Positions 1-10,056 of a DNA stretch of 64,000 bases are shown piece by piece. Every line of letters starts with the position of its first letter. The stretch's first letter is position 1. The position numbers were made by a program, and so were the translations under genes. The notes below the pieces were generated by a model that had not been told where the DNA came from, ran no database searches, and worked only from the letters and a program-made list of their open reading frames with translations. The stretch comes from a virus (Duplodnaviria; Caudoviricetes): the IMG/VR virus record IMGVR_UViG_2907128583_000005, positions 32,001 through 96,000 of that record, one strand, 5' to 3'.

Positions 1-83
1 TTCCCAAAACCCGTCTTGCCAGAATACCCATTGCTTGTATGTTTTTCTCATAATCAGCGCCTCCATTTTGATATGCAATATAC

Positions 84-138
84 AATATGCAAACTCGTAT
101 ATTTGTTTGTAAACCAATAATATACGAGTTTGCATATT
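84..138. promoter_or_regulatory. Perfect 20-bp inverted repeat, probable operator between divergent genes
   Basis: AATATGCAAACTCGTATATT (84-103) and its exact reverse complement (119-138), upstream of HTH gene 202..420 and of a leftward ORF starting near 51. Confidence 0.7.
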
Positions 139-201
139 CAGTCAATAGATATTGATAAAAAATATACAACATCGTATAATGCATTGTATTGAGGTGATAT
201 C

Positions 202-420
202 ATGGCTAAAGTTGTTAGGGTGCGTCCCAATTTGACAAACATTTTGAAAGAAAGGGATATGACCCAAAATCAACTATCTGAACTTAGTGGAGTTCCGCAA
301 GCTTCTATCAGTCGATTCGACAAAAACGAGCGTCACGAAGCAAATATTTTATTCTCGATCTCAAAAGCACTTAATATTTCCATTGAAGATTTATTTGTTG
401 AGGAGCAAGAGGAAGTATGA
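202..420 (+). CDS. XRE/Cro-like helix-turn-helix regulator
   Basis: LKERDMTQNQLSELSGVPQASISRF HTH; RBS GAGGTG. Confidence 0.85.
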   Translation: MAKVVRVRPNLTNILKERDMTQNQLSELSGVPQASISRFDKNERHEANILFSISKALNISIEDLFVEEQEEV

Positions 421-436
421 CCTCTGTGCTCCTTTT
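401..436 (+). terminator. Intrinsic terminator-like hairpin between convergent genes
   Basis: aggagc..agagg / cctct..gctcct followed by a T run. Confidence 0.5.
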
Positions 437-444
437 ATTTATCC

Positions 445-672
445 TCAGATTGGGGTAAGCAGCCTTTCGAGTCGCATGATTTCTTTCTGCTGGTACTGAA
501 TAAGATCAATTGCCTCCTCCAGCGCCATAAGCTTCCAGTCATAGGCCATATCTGATACCTGGTCTATAGTTGTTCCGTATTTCTTAAGACCTTTCTCATT
601 TTGCTTGTCCAGCAATTCTATGATCCGCTGTGTTACTTCCGGACGTTTAATTTCATTTTGAGAGCGCTTCAT
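445..672 (-). CDS. Small phage protein, all-alpha NTP-pyrophosphatase-like
   Basis: KGLKKYG...ALEEAIDLIQY pattern. Confidence 0.5.
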   Translation of the reverse strand: MKRSQNEIKRPEVTQRIIELLDKQNEKGLKKYGTTIDQVSDMAYDWKLMALEEAIDLIQYQQKEIMRLERLLTPI

Positions 673-983
673 TTAATTTCCTCCTCCGTTCTCGGTAGAA
701 TAAGCGTACCACCGTAATACTCCATCTCTGCCTGATTAGGATCACTCACCGGACCCCAATGGTTATTGGTTTGCATGATACGAACAATATCAGTGGCATA
801 TGGTTCGTCTGTGTTAACTACCAGATACGTATTAAGTGGAGGCTTTCCATCCAGAAGCCGCAGCTCCTGAACCTTCCACAAAATCCGAGATAGATCACTT
901 TTCTCACGTTCATCAAGGTATTTATTGATATCCTCATTTTTTAATACGGTGAATTTTACTTGCATTCCGGCTAGTCCTGACAT
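669..983 (-). CDS. Phage hypothetical protein
   Basis: RBS, overlap with neighbours, YLVVNTDEPYA motif. Confidence 0.6.
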   Translation of the reverse strand: MSGLAGMQVKFTVLKNEDINKYLDEREKSDLSRILWKVQELRLLDGKPPLNTYLVVNTDEPYATDIVRIMQTNNHWGPVSDPNQAEMEYYGGTLILPRTEEEIK

Positions 984-1452
984 TTTTCCTCTCTCCTTCT
1001 GCTTGTTTTAAAAGTTTATTGATAGCTCGTTTCCGATCCGCTTTTTCTTTCTTGAACTGCTTGATCGGAATGAATTCTCCTCGTTTTTTAGTGAGTATAT
1101 CTATAGGTAAAGTCGGATATTTTGCTTGGAATAATTTCAATTTGACACGGAATGTCGATGTCTCTACACCCTTGATATCTATTACTCGCTGAGTATCGTC
1201 CAGATTAGTGACCAGAAAATCAGCAATGTAGGTCACTTTTGGTTTCTCCTGTAGTATAAATACAGGGTGGCACTTGAAGTCTTTGATTTCTCCATACTTG
1301 CGCTGACGAAGGAGTTCTTGGCAATACTCTCCCTCTGCTTTGCTATCAAAGAGAGTACCTATCACATCTAGTTCATACCTTTTTACAATCCATTCCTCAA
1401 ATAACGTTCCGTCCTCCGTGACAATGACCTTTTTGGCATTATATTTACTCAT
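934..1452 (-). CDS. DUF1064-family PD-(D/E)XK nuclease
   Basis: MSKYNAKK..FDSKAE..YIADF..IDIKG; probable start MSKY at 1452. Confidence 0.8.
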   Translation of the reverse strand: MSKYNAKKVIVTEDGTLFEEWIVKRYELDVIGTLFDSKAEGEYCQELLRQRKYGEIKDFKCHPVFILQEKPKVTYIADFLVTNLDDTQRVIDIKGVETSTFRVKLKLFQAKYPTLPIDILTKKRGEFIPIKQFKKEKADRKRAINKLLKQAEGERKNVRTSRNASKIHRIKK

Positions 1453-1453
1453 C

Positions 1454-2572
1454 TTATCCAGCCACCCTATAAGGAAGAACAACGTAGAAACTGGACTCGT
1501 CACTCCGAAGAGTGAGAGGCTTTAAAGAACCAGTGTACCCGAGTGTAATTACATCGTTTTCTAAGACCTTCAATGCATCCAGCACATATTTTGCATTCAA
1601 CGTCAGGTTGAAATTTTCTCCGTTGAAACTGATTGGTGTTATGCTTTCTGTTGCCTTACCCGTTTCCTTTCCCTTACCTCGAATATTAATTTCTTTTTCT
1701 GTAACTGAGAATGTAACAGCGTTGTTTTTTTCTTCTTTCGCCAATGTAAAAATAAGATCCAATGATTCAATCAGTTCTTTCCGATTCACTTGTATTTCGG
1801 TAACTGCTTTAATAGCCATAGCATGGGTTGTATCAGGGTAAATCCCTTCTAGAACACGAGAATAAAATATAAATCTTTCTGTTCGTGCGAACGCATATAT
1901 TACTTCTCCGCCAGAAGACTTGGAAAAACCGAATTCTACTTCATCGTTGTCATTTACGATCTTCTGTAACTCAATTATTCCTCTAGCTTCAATAACAGCC
2001 GTGCCGATATTTCCAATATCAAATTCTCTCTCAGCACGGGCCAATCGGTGTCGGTTCGTTGCCACCATTTGAATTTTCCCGGTCTGAAGGATAACGTTTA
2101 CCCCTGTAATGATAGGGTGTGATTTTCCGTCTATATCAGCCGCGAAAACTGTTTTTTTGATCAAATTTTTTAAGTCTTTTCCCTTAATCTCAACAAACTC
2201 ATTTTCATTTATCTCTGGAGGAGCAGGATATTCTTCTGGAGGCATTCCAGTAATCTCAATTTCCTTATTCCGTGACTTTATGGTGACTTGATTCCCATTT
2301 TTAACTTGCAGTTCTATTTTCCCATTGATCTTTTGAAGAATATCCAATAGAACTTTAGGCAGTGCCGCCGAACCAGTCTCTTTGATGTCTATGTTTTCCT
2401 CGACAAATGATTGGATAGTTGCTCGGTCATCGGTACCAGTAACCGTAAGCCTGTCCTCCGTTGCTTCAATCAAAAAGCAACTCAATATAGGGATTATTAC
2501 TTTTGTTGAAATTGCCTTACTGGCATCTTCTAAAGCCTCAGCTAATAGGGAACTGTCCACTACTATATTCAT
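1454..2572 (-). CDS. dnaN: Phage-encoded DNA polymerase III beta sliding clamp
   Basis: 372 aa; IPILSCFLIEA, MVATNRHRLA, SRVLEGIYP, LNAKYVLDALK, VVLPYR. Confidence 0.9.
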   Translation of the reverse strand: MNIVVDSSLLAEALEDASKAISTKVIIPILSCFLIEATEDRLTVTGTDDRATIQSFVEENIDIKETGSAALPKVLLDILQKINGKIELQVKNGNQVTIKSRNKEIEITGMPPEEYPAPPEINENEFVEIKGKDLKNLIKKTVFAADIDGKSHPIITGVNVILQTGKIQMVATNRHRLARAEREFDIGNIGTAVIEARGIIELQKIVNDNDEVEFGFSKSSGGEVIYAFARTERFIFYSRVLEGIYPDTTHAMAIKAVTEIQVNRKELIESLDLIFTLAKEEKNNAVTFSVTEKEINIRGKGKETGKATESITPISFNGENFNLTLNAKYVLDALKVLENDVITLGYTGSLKPLTLRSDESSFYVVLPYRVAG

Positions 2573-2703
2573 AAGCTCTGACCTCCTTCTTCACCGCTTC
2601 CTTCTTAGCATTTGGGTTGCATTCTGGACATGGACCCAATGCCATCATGGAGCCAATGAAACTGTATGCTACCTTACTGCCCCCACATGTTCTGCACATA
2701 TGC

Positions 2704-3660
2704 TTACCTCCTACGTCTATTCCGTCCGCCTACTGGCAGTATTTTTACAAAAGGCTCAATCCGTTCAATAATCCGCTCCGCCTTCTTCTCATGCTGCTTT
2801 CTGTCCATCTCCTTAGCATCCTTTACATTAGCCAAGTGATGCCTCAATTCATTGACGGTCAAATTTGATGTGTAGATTATCGGCAGCCGCTCCATGCGAC
2901 GCTGGAGTATAGGCCCTATTACTTCATCCCTTGTCCAAACGGTCAAGGTCTCAGCTCCAATATCATCAAGTATCAGTACAGAAGCCGTTCTGAGAGAGTC
3001 AAGTTTGTTCTCAACGGTCTCTGTCTTGGAACCAATAGCATCTTTGACTTCCAGCAGAAAATCCGGTACATAGACCATGAGAACATCTATGTCACATTTG
3101 GCAAGTTCTTGAGCAATCGCTCCTGCTATCTTGCTCTTACCTACCCCCATCGGACCATAAAGGTACAAACCTTCTGTCGTCTCCCCTGGAACGAACGTGC
3201 TACAGAACTTCACTGCCGCCGTAATCGCAGCCAACCGCTGCGGATCAGGTTCAATGTCGTCAAAGGTGGCATCCAGAATGTGCGATGGTATATAGTGGCT
3301 CTTGATCCTCTGTCCGATGCCCTGCTGCTTCTCATACTGCTTCAGCAAATCGCATTTCCGAAACCGGAATACCAACTCGTCCAATTGGGTTGGACTCGGT
3401 TCCTCAACGCTCATGTGCCCCTTCTGTTCGTTTTGACATGCTTTTAAGCCGGGGCAAGCGTCGCATGCATCGCAGTATGAAAGATGCTGTGATACATCCC
3501 TGTAGTGCCTTGGACTTGTTAAATCTGCTGTCCGATCAGGATATTTCTGTTTTAGTCGTTGGATCTCAGGATGATTCTCTATGCGCTGGATGGTCGCAGC
3601 TTGGCGTTCGTAAAATCTCGAAGGCACTAAAGCCTTTAATTCTTTTTGGAAGCTTCCCAC
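2704..3660 (-). CDS. dnaI: DnaI/DnaC-like helicase loader ATPase
   Basis: Cys-rich N-terminus, Walker A GPMGVGKS, Walker B LILDDIGAE, YTSN. Confidence 0.9.
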   Translation of the reverse strand: MGSFQKELKALVPSRFYERQAATIQRIENHPEIQRLKQKYPDRTADLTSPRHYRDVSQHLSYCDACDACPGLKACQNEQKGHMSVEEPSPTQLDELVFRFRKCDLLKQYEKQQGIGQRIKSHYIPSHILDATFDDIEPDPQRLAAITAAVKFCSTFVPGETTEGLYLYGPMGVGKSKIAGAIAQELAKCDIDVLMVYVPDFLLEVKDAIGSKTETVENKLDSLRTASVLILDDIGAETLTVWTRDEVIGPILQRRMERLPIIYTSNLTVNELRHHLANVKDAKEMDRKQHEKKAERIIERIEPFVKILPVGGRNRRRR

Positions 3661-3664
3661 ATTA

Positions 3665-4720
3665 TCAGCCTCCTTGCTTTGCTCTTAACTCAGCCAGCAT
3701 TTTTTGTAAATTATCCGTGTTGTATTGCTCGTCCGATTGAAGCACAGAATCACTTTCCTGTTCACACTCCACTGTGACAGTGCTTTGGTCAGTAGTTTGA
3801 CGAGATGCATGCAAGGAATAAATGACCGTAGCACAGTAGCTTACACTTCTAATCTCATCGCGCTTATGCTTGGGTTTGAAATTGTCAAAAGCCTGATCAA
3901 TGCCATCTAAAACAGTTTGAAGTGGTACACCTTCCTTGATTAGCTCGTCTATCGCTTGATCATCAGCAATTGTTATTTCTAGGCCCTTCCCACGACGACG
4001 AAGATATTTATCAGCTACAGCCTGCCGATAATCAATATCCGAAGATGATATTTCATTCTGGTCAGAGTCAGTATCTGTTTCAGAAGTGGCAGGAACGGCA
4101 CCTTGCCGGGAAGACGGTATCCCCTCATCTTTGGAATTGATTTCATTATCAGGCGTTAAACAACAACTACTGTCTTTAATATTGTCTTTAAACATGTCTT
4201 TAGGAGTGCCTTCGTCCTTACTCCCACAAGGGTTTTCACCCTCTTTGACTTCCACTTTTCGTAAGTCGCCACTTACACTTTTCGTAACTCCTGACTTACA
4301 CTTTTCGTAACTTTCCACTTTATCACCCGCCTGTTTACTTACACTTTTCGTAACTTTATATACGGCAAGATTTATTGAAATAAGTTCCTTGAATTTTTCC
4401 TCGTTCCATTCTTTAACGAGACTTACACGCCATTCATCATAATTCTTATTTAAGGAATAAATTTGCTTGCCGTCCCACTCTATTACTTTGCACTGCATCA
4501 GATAGGTAATTTCCTTCTTAGCGTCCTGTATACGTACACCACACAGTTCAAAATTAGTCAGTAGAGGGATTGTTGCACTTTTCTTCTGGCATCCGTAGGA
4601 AAGCCGCAAAATGAGTTTTAATATCTTTTGCTGCCTTTCAGTAAACTTACGGCTTATGATCTCATCCCAAATGCTGTTGGCTATTCCTATGAACCCGTCT
4701 TTTAATTGGGGACTTACCAC
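3665..4720 (-). CDS. Phage replication initiator (lambda O-like)
   Basis: GFIGIANSIWDEI..ILRLSYG N-terminus; internal iterons; directly upstream of the loader gene. Confidence 0.85.
   Translation of the reverse strand: MVSPQLKDGFIGIANSIWDEIISRKFTERQQKILKLILRLSYGCQKKSATIPLLTNFELCGVRIQDAKKEITYLMQCKVIEWDGKQIYSLNKNYDEWRVSLVKEWNEEKFKELISINLAVYKVTKSVSKQAGDKVESYEKCKSGVTKSVSGDLRKVEVKEGENPCGSKDEGTPKDMFKDNIKDSSCCLTPDNEINSKDEGIPSSRQGAVPATSETDTDSDQNEISSSDIDYRQAVADKYLRRRGKGLEITIADDQAIDELIKEGVPLQTVLDGIDQAFDNFKPKHKRDEIRSVSYCATVIYSLHASRQTTDQSTVTVECEQESDSVLQSDEQYNTDNLQKMLAELRAKQGG
4253..4355. repeat. Origin iterons inside the initiator gene
   Basis: ACTTACACTTTTCGTAACT at 4271, 4294 and 4337, plus a partial copy at 4253. 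Confidence 0.85.
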
Positions 4721-4747
4721 TCACCTCACCCCGGTACTTTCTGAATA

Positions 4748-5155
4748 CTATCTAATCCCGCTGGCGTTGTTTCCAAACTCCGCTAGCAGAACTTTTAGGC
4801 TGTATTTTAAAGAGTTAATTACCTGGTCATTACTTTCCACAGCATTACTCCAGCGGACCTTATCAGCTTCTGCATCTGCTTCTTGGATGCGAAGTTCAAT
4901 TACCGCCAATTCTGCACGCTGCTCCCTTAGGTTCTTTGCTGCAATATACGCTTCAGCATAAACGCGTTTCCTCTCAGCATATTTCTTCTTATAGTCCCTT
5001 ACGGCCTCAGCTGACTTGCGCCCTAGGAGAATCTGGACTTCGGTCAACAATTCAATCTTGCGAGCCAGGGTAGCAGGGTAATCATGACTGCATTGATCCG
5101 CAAGACTATAAAGCTCTCCGAGCGTATATTGTTTTTGTAGAGACAATGCAGCCAC
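4748..5155 (-). CDS. Phage coiled-coil hypothetical protein
   Basis: 135 aa ORF in the early operon with RBS. Confidence 0.6.
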   Translation of the reverse strand: MAALSLQKQYTLGELYSLADQCSHDYPATLARKIELLTEVQILLGRKSAEAVRDYKKKYAERKRVYAEAYIAAKNLREQRAELAVIELRIQEADAEADKVRWSNAVESNDQVINSLKYSLKVLLAEFGNNASGIR

Positions 5156-5169
5156 TCCTTAACCCTCAA

Positions 5170-5868
5170 TTAATATTCTTCGCCGTAATAAGTATCAACT
5201 TCGTCTTCATCCAGGATAACCTTGGCTCCAGTCGCAAAAATTTGGAACATCAACTTTTCAAAATGGTAGAACGATGTCATAATATCTTTGTTATTGGAAA
5301 GGTTTTGACCATCAATTTTAGAGTCATAGACGTGTCCTTCTTTGTCCAAGTGGAGTTGATATTTGTATCTGTACTTTGATTTTTCAGAACCCCACGAATC
5401 TCTACTTTCGCTTTCTGGATCAAAATAGATGTGACGATACCCATCCTCCTCGCCTTCCAAAATGAAAGATATTTTTTCACCATCTCGTTCATGGTCATCA
5501 TTCTCATCTTTCTTCATTGCTTCAATCAATTCAGACAACTTGTATTCAGGTTTAATACCAACAAGCATTTGTTCAATGTTTTCTTTAATTTTTTGAACAC
5601 CTTGAATATGGAGAGCAGCATTCAACTGAGATTTAACTTCATTCAAAACCATAAGATTGTATCCGCCGATACCCAATTTTTTCATATCAATTTGCAACTG
5701 CTCTTTTACGTGATTTTCTAGCTCTTTACGAAAATCTCCGTAAGTGCCAAAATACTCTTCTACCACTTTTTTGATAGTAGTCTCAAGTTGCTTTTTAATG
5801 ACCTGCTCAACAAACCCGTCTTTTTGAATAGTTTGCATCGCATCATTTACCAAATTATTTAAATTCAT
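5170..5868 (-). CDS. Phage hypothetical protein, homologous to the frameshifted gene at 29492-30239
   Basis: 232 aa; shared DGxVE..QLE..FxxYGD pattern. Confidence 0.7.
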   Translation of the reverse strand: MNLNNLVNDAMQTIQKDGFVEQVIKKQLETTIKKVVEEYFGTYGDFRKELENHVKEQLQIDMKKLGIGGYNLMVLNEVKSQLNAALHIQGVQKIKENIEQMLVGIKPEYKLSELIEAMKKDENDDHERDGEKISFILEGEEDGYRHIYFDPESESRDSWGSEKSKYRYKYQLHLDKEGHVYDSKIDGQNLSNNKDIMTSFYHFEKLMFQIFATGAKVILDEDEVDTYYGEEY

Positions 5869-5925
5869 ATTATTACGCTCCTATTTTCAATTTTTAAAAT
5901 ACGTGATATACTGCCGTTGAAATGT

Positions 5926-6327
5926 TTATAAAGTGATCGTGTTGGTAGCACGATTGTTTTTCTGGGCTTCTCTGTCGTTTCTTTTGCGGTATAACTTACG
6001 GCAATAGTAATTACAGAAAAGTCCTTCTTCTTTTGGATTAGGAATTTTTTGTCCTTCAAAGACTTCTTTTTCGCAATGCTTGCAGCATCCTATTTTTTTA
6101 CCGGATATCTTGTATCCTGATGACTTAGGAGCCTCTAGCCCTTCATATTCTTCATTTTTAAATTCCTCAAGTTCACTTAATTCAGTAGTAAGCAAATCTA
6201 TTTGAGCATGAATTTCGTCAGTCGGTAATCCGAATTTAACAGCGTCAATGCTGTCCTCATATAACTCACGTAATTGCGCTCTAAGCACCTTAGATCGTTT
6301 ATGATCGTCCAACTCTCTCAGCTCCAT
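5926..6327 (-). CDS. Phage hypothetical protein with C-terminal Cys cluster
   Basis: CKHC...FCNYYC. Confidence 0.55.
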   Translation of the reverse strand: MELRELDDHKRSKVLRAQLRELYEDSIDAVKFGLPTDEIHAQIDLLTTELSELEEFKNEEYEGLEAPKSSGYKISGKKIGCCKHCEKEVFEGQKIPNPKEEGLFCNYYCRKLYRKRNDREAQKNNRATNTITL

Positions 6328-6686
6328 ATCTCCGCCTCAAGTTCGGATATTTTAGCCTTCAATTGCCTTGCTTGTTCCTTCAAAGGTTTCATCTTCTGAA
6401 TACAAACGTGATTAGGCCATGGACTATCTGTAATAGCATATTGAGTTTTATAAATGGCCTGAAGCTTTTGTTCAGTAAGTTCTTTTTCCTTTTGAAGAGA
6501 AAGCTTTTTCTTATCCTGCTCTGTCAGCTGTAGCATCTCAATATCTACCGAATGTTGACAATTCAACCAACAATGCATGAGTAATACAGCGGCTATAAGC
6601 GAGTCTGCTGGTTGATCCAATGTAAATTTGAAGCCTTCATCATCCACAATAGGAATAGAGTAAATGGTTTGCATTTTGCTACTCAT
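6318..6686 (-). CDS. Phage hypothetical protein
   Basis: 122 aa, operon context. Confidence 0.5.
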   Translation of the reverse strand: MSSKMQTIYSIPIVDDEGFKFTLDQPADSLIAAVLLMHCWLNCQHSVDIEMLQLTEQDKKKLSLQKEKELTEQKLQAIYKTQYAITDSPWPNHVCIQKMKPLKEQARQLKAKISELEAEIWS

Positions 6687-6791
6687 TTTGACTTGCTCTT
6701 GCGTTGTATATTACGAACGATAATGGCATGCTGTAATTCGTTTTCGAACCAGATACGAGCCAATTCCGGTAGAGTCATAATCATTCACCCC

Positions 6792-7223
6792 TTAGATATA
6801 GTCTTCTGGACGAAAGTCTTTAACGAAGTAAATGGAATCATCAAAATCAATGCGCCGGATGTGACTGTACTTCGCGACTGAGAACAAAACTTTCAACTTA
6901 CTCCAAATCATGCGGCGATATTTTCCGACCGTTTCGTTAAATTTTCCATCTGTCTCCTTGTAACGATCTTTTGTGAGAGTAATGGACCTGATTCTTACTG
7001 CATCCTGCAACTGATAGCATTCAGCGTCCGTCAGCGTTACACTGTCCCGAACCTCTTGAACCATCATCTGAACTTCTTCCACTTTTTCAGTTACATCCAA
7101 ATGCATTTGCTTAATACCGTCTACGAGGCCTCTAATTGCCATGCCTTGGGCTTCTGTCAGTTGCATTTGCTTTTCAACTACAGACAAAAAATCTGGCTGC
7201 TGATTAGGATTAATTAGTGTCAT
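6792..7223 (-). CDS. Antirepressor C-terminal (ORF6C-like) domain protein
   Basis: IWSKLKVLFSVAKYSHIRRIDFDD pattern. Confidence 0.65.
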   Translation of the reverse strand: MTLINPNQQPDFLSVVEKQMQLTEAQGMAIRGLVDGIKQMHLDVTEKVEEVQMMVQEVRDSVTLTDAECYQLQDAVRIRSITLTKDRYKETDGKFNETVGKYRRMIWSKLKVLFSVAKYSHIRRIDFDDSIYFVKDFRPEDYI

Positions 7224-8341
7224 TTTTCTACCACCTTTCTACCGTTAACAGCTGGACGAAGTTGTTCAATGAAGGCTTCCAACATATCCAAACTTTCAGA
7301 CAACCGTTTCTTTTCAGAGCTACTTGCACTGCCTATTGCCCCCAACATGAACGAAGTAATTCCAACCTTTTGCAGAAACTGTTTCACATGGATACTCACT
7401 TGGATCGTGTTGCTGTCAGCTTCAAAGCGAAGCTTCTTCATTTGAGCAGCGGCCTCCTGTTCGTTGAAGTCGTCTGGCTGCTGGAGTTTGATACTCTCAA
7501 GTTCTTCTTTAGCTCTTTGGTAGCCACTCTTCAATTGTTCAACTTTTAAACGTTCTTTTTCCAAATCATCATTGAGTTTGTTTTTCCAATATTCATCGCG
7601 TTGCTTGAGCTGTGCTTCTGCCTCTTTTTCCTTTTGACGAATGAAAATGCCCGTTTCTTCCTCATGACGCTCTACAGCAGCAGATACTGCATCTTCAAGT
7701 TGATCAGCAGGAATGGCATCTTTGTACTGTCTTTGTAACTCAAGCTTGTCCCGCTCTGCCTGCTCTGCTCTTTCCTCTGCCTCACGCACAGCAGCTTCGA
7801 GCCGAGCTTTGGTTTCTACGAATGCCTTATGAGTGCTGATCAAACCTTCATCAAGCTGTTGAATGATTTCAGGAGTAGCATTTTCTGCAATAAACTTCGC
7901 TTTGTCGTACTGTCTGCCAGAGCCAAAGCCTGCCTGATCCGCTACAATATCCCGAACTTGTCCGGTAGGTTGGTCAGGAAAATTTTCCGTACCTCCAGAC
8001 ATGCGCTCTTTGGCCTTCAAGCGTTCGACCTCTTCAAGTCGCCGCGCCCATTCTACTCGCTCGGAAAAAGTGAACTCCTTACGATGTTCATTCTCGGAAA
8101 TCTCAAGCTGAAGTTGATGCTCAAAATCCTTTATTTCCATGACTCTGACCGTTACTTCTTTCCGACCTAGAAACTGATGCGCTCTTAGTCGCCGCTCTCC
8201 AGCAATTAACTGATAATCTGGTGTTACTACAATAGGATTGATGAGTCCGTTTTGTTCTATATCTCGGGCCAGTTCTTCAATTCCGCCAAAGTCCTTGCGG
8301 ATACGATCACTGACTTTGATCTGATTTATGTCAATTAACAA
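7220..8341 (-). CDS. ParB N-terminal domain protein with coiled-coil tail
   Basis: RIRKDFG..GLINPIVV..LIAGERRLRA..ISENEHR; start approximate. Confidence 0.85.
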   Translation of the reverse strand: MLIDINQIKVSDRIRKDFGGIEELARDIEQNGLINPIVVTPDYQLIAGERRLRAHQFLGRKEVTVRVMEIKDFEHQLQLEISENEHRKEFTFSERVEWARRLEEVERLKAKERMSGGTENFPDQPTGQVRDIVADQAGFGSGRQYDKAKFIAENATPEIIQQLDEGLISTHKAFVETKARLEAAVREAEERAEQAERDKLELQRQYKDAIPADQLEDAVSAAVERHEEETGIFIRQKEKEAEAQLKQRDEYWKNKLNDDLEKERLKVEQLKSGYQRAKEELESIKLQQPDDFNEQEAAAQMKKLRFEADSNTIQVSIHVKQFLQKVGITSFMLGAIGSASSSEKKRLSESLDMLEAFIEQLRPAVNGRKVVEK

Positions 8342-8440
8342 AGTAAATCTCCTTTCTACTCTCCTTATTGTGATAAAATGGAAGTTGTCGAAGCTTATCA
8401 AATTATCAGGAAGGGAGGCACATTAGCATGACTGAATTCC

Positions 8441-8629
8441 ATGGTTGGAAAATTACTAGACCAACTTCTTTTCAAACTCTTCGTTTCTGAAGACGACACG
8501 ACACTGCTCATAAAATGTAATGAAGATACTGTGACAGAGATTGAATTCATTGAATCCGGTTTAAGTGTTAGATATTCAGCAAGACCGATCACCATTAACA
8601 CCGAGGACAAAATCATTATCTTCAAATAA
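8441..8629 (+). CDS. Small counter-oriented phage protein
   Basis: RBS GGGAGG upstream; 62 aa. Confidence 0.45.
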   Translation: MVGKLLDQLLFKLFVSEDDTTLLIKCNEDTVTEIEFIESGLSVRYSARPITINTEDKIIIFK

Positions 8630-8631
8630 AA

Positions 8632-8844
8632 TTATTCGTTGAGTCGAGCGTATTCTTTGACGTGTTCTTTAGATTTTTCAAGAATGCGCTCTGCTTGCGA
8701 ATACGACACTTTGTGCTTGTTAAGTAAACGAAGAATGTCGTAAGCAAGATCACGTCCTTCTGGATATTCTTGCGTAGTCATAATCGCGCTAAGATTATTC
8801 TTGGTTGCAGCACCATTCAGTTGTTCTATATTGGGTGTAGTCAT
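8632..8844 (-). CDS. Phage hypothetical protein
   Basis: RBS AGGAG; 70 aa. Confidence 0.55.
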   Translation of the reverse strand: MTTPNIEQLNGAATKNNLSAIMTTQEYPEGRDLAYDILRLLNKHKVSYSQAERILEKSKEHVKEYARLNE

Positions 8845-8864
8845 TTAGTTTTGTTCTCCTTTCT

Positions 8865-9131
8865 TTAATAAGATTGTTCCAATAACCAATTTTCCAAGAA
8901 CTCACGCGTTTCTCTCGCAGGAAAATACCATTTGCTCCCTACTTTCCGTTTCGGAAATCCTGGATGATAGAAAAATTGTTCTTGTATAAAGTTCCAACTC
9001 ATACATGTACGACGCTTTAATTCAGCCGCATCCCAAAATACGTACTCCACATCAGCTTCTTTTAAAACCTCCGCTATCTTCGATTTGACCAGTTGAAAGG
9101 CTTCCTTTTCGTCAACGCTGACTGACAACAT
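8865..9131 (-). CDS. Excisionase-like DNA-binding protein
   Basis: CMSWNFIQEQF..FPKRKVGSKWYFP; position after cro. Confidence 0.6.
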   Translation of the reverse strand: MLSVSVDEKEAFQLVKSKIAEVLKEADVEYVFWDAAELKRRTCMSWNFIQEQFFYHPGFPKRKVGSKWYFPARETREFLENWLLEQSY

Positions 9132-9143
9132 GTTTATCCCTCC

Positions 9144-9356
9144 TTAATTGTTGTTTTCTTTTAATTTCTTAGGAACCAGCTTGATCTCTAATCCCAAAGC
9201 ATCGCAGGCTTTTCTAAGCGTGGTTTCGTTCCACCGACGACTTCCATTTAGCAAATTGTGCATGTACTGCGGGGAACACCCAACTAAATGAGCTAAATCA
9301 GAAGGATTTAATCCTTTTTCATTTATAAGTGGCCTCATTTGTTCAGAAACCTTCAT
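9144..9356 (-). CDS. Cro-like XRE regulator
   Basis: HTH, divergent from the repressor. Confidence 0.85.
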   Translation of the reverse strand: MKVSEQMRPLINEKGLNPSDLAHLVGCSPQYMHNLLNGSRRWNETTLRKACDALGLEIKLVPKKLKENNN

Positions 9357-9381
9357 TTCATCACCTCCGTTGAAATAATAT

Positions 9382-9540
9382 TAATCTATTTGATTAATTA
9401 AATCAAACGTAAAATTAATCAAATAGATTCAAATAAAAGAATTTTAGATTATTATCCATATAGTTTAATATATATGCTCAATTTTTCGCCTATTTGCTTC
9501 TTTTTAATCTATTTGCTGTTTGTATTTTAATCTATTTGTT
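9382..9540. promoter_or_regulatory. Lysis/lysogeny switch operators
   Basis: AATCTATTTG at about 9383, 9506 and 9529, and inverted at about 9420. Confidence 0.7.
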
Positions 9541-9586
9541 GATATCATTAATTCATCAATTAGTTTAAAAGGAGCGGTCACAGGAC

Positions 9587-9976
9587 ATGTCTAGTTATCC
9601 TAACCGGATAAGAGAGATTAGAAAATCACAAAAGAAATCAGGAGTACAAGTAGCTGAATTTTTAGGAATTACCCCTCAATTTCTATACAATATCGAAAAA
9701 GGAAGCCGAACTTTAAATACTGAGGTGGCTTCAAAATTAGCCGAGTATTTTGATGTAACCGTAGATTACCTTCTTGGCCGTACAGAAGCCGAAAAAGATG
9801 ATCGCCAATATCCAGAGTGGGCCACGTCAAAGGACATTCGGGATTTTAAAACAATACTTGAAGAAGATGCGCCGGTAATGTTCGATGGCATACCAATCTC
9901 AGAAGACGACAAAGAAAAAATTAAACGGGTCATGGAAGCTATGTTCTGGGATGCTAAAAAGAACAAAAAAAATTAA
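9587..9976 (+). CDS. CI/ImmR-like phage repressor
   Basis: NRIREIRK..VAEFLGIT..IEKG..FDVTVDYLLGRT. Confidence 0.9.
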   Translation: MSSYPNRIREIRKSQKKSGVQVAEFLGITPQFLYNIEKGSRTLNTEVASKLAEYFDVTVDYLLGRTEAEKDDRQYPEWATSKDIRDFKTILEEDAPVMFDGIPISEDDKEKIKRVMEAMFWDAKKNKKN

Positions 9977-10056
9977 TTGTTTTGAATGAAATAGCTTTCC
10001 TAAATATTCACTTTGCGCTTTCACCGCTGCGAGGCGGTTTCACATACACAAAAAAC

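Noticed and set aside
669-983. Possible anti-defence sponge protein (also 42796-43059)
   Set aside because: Size and context fit, but I cannot match a named family from sequence alone.
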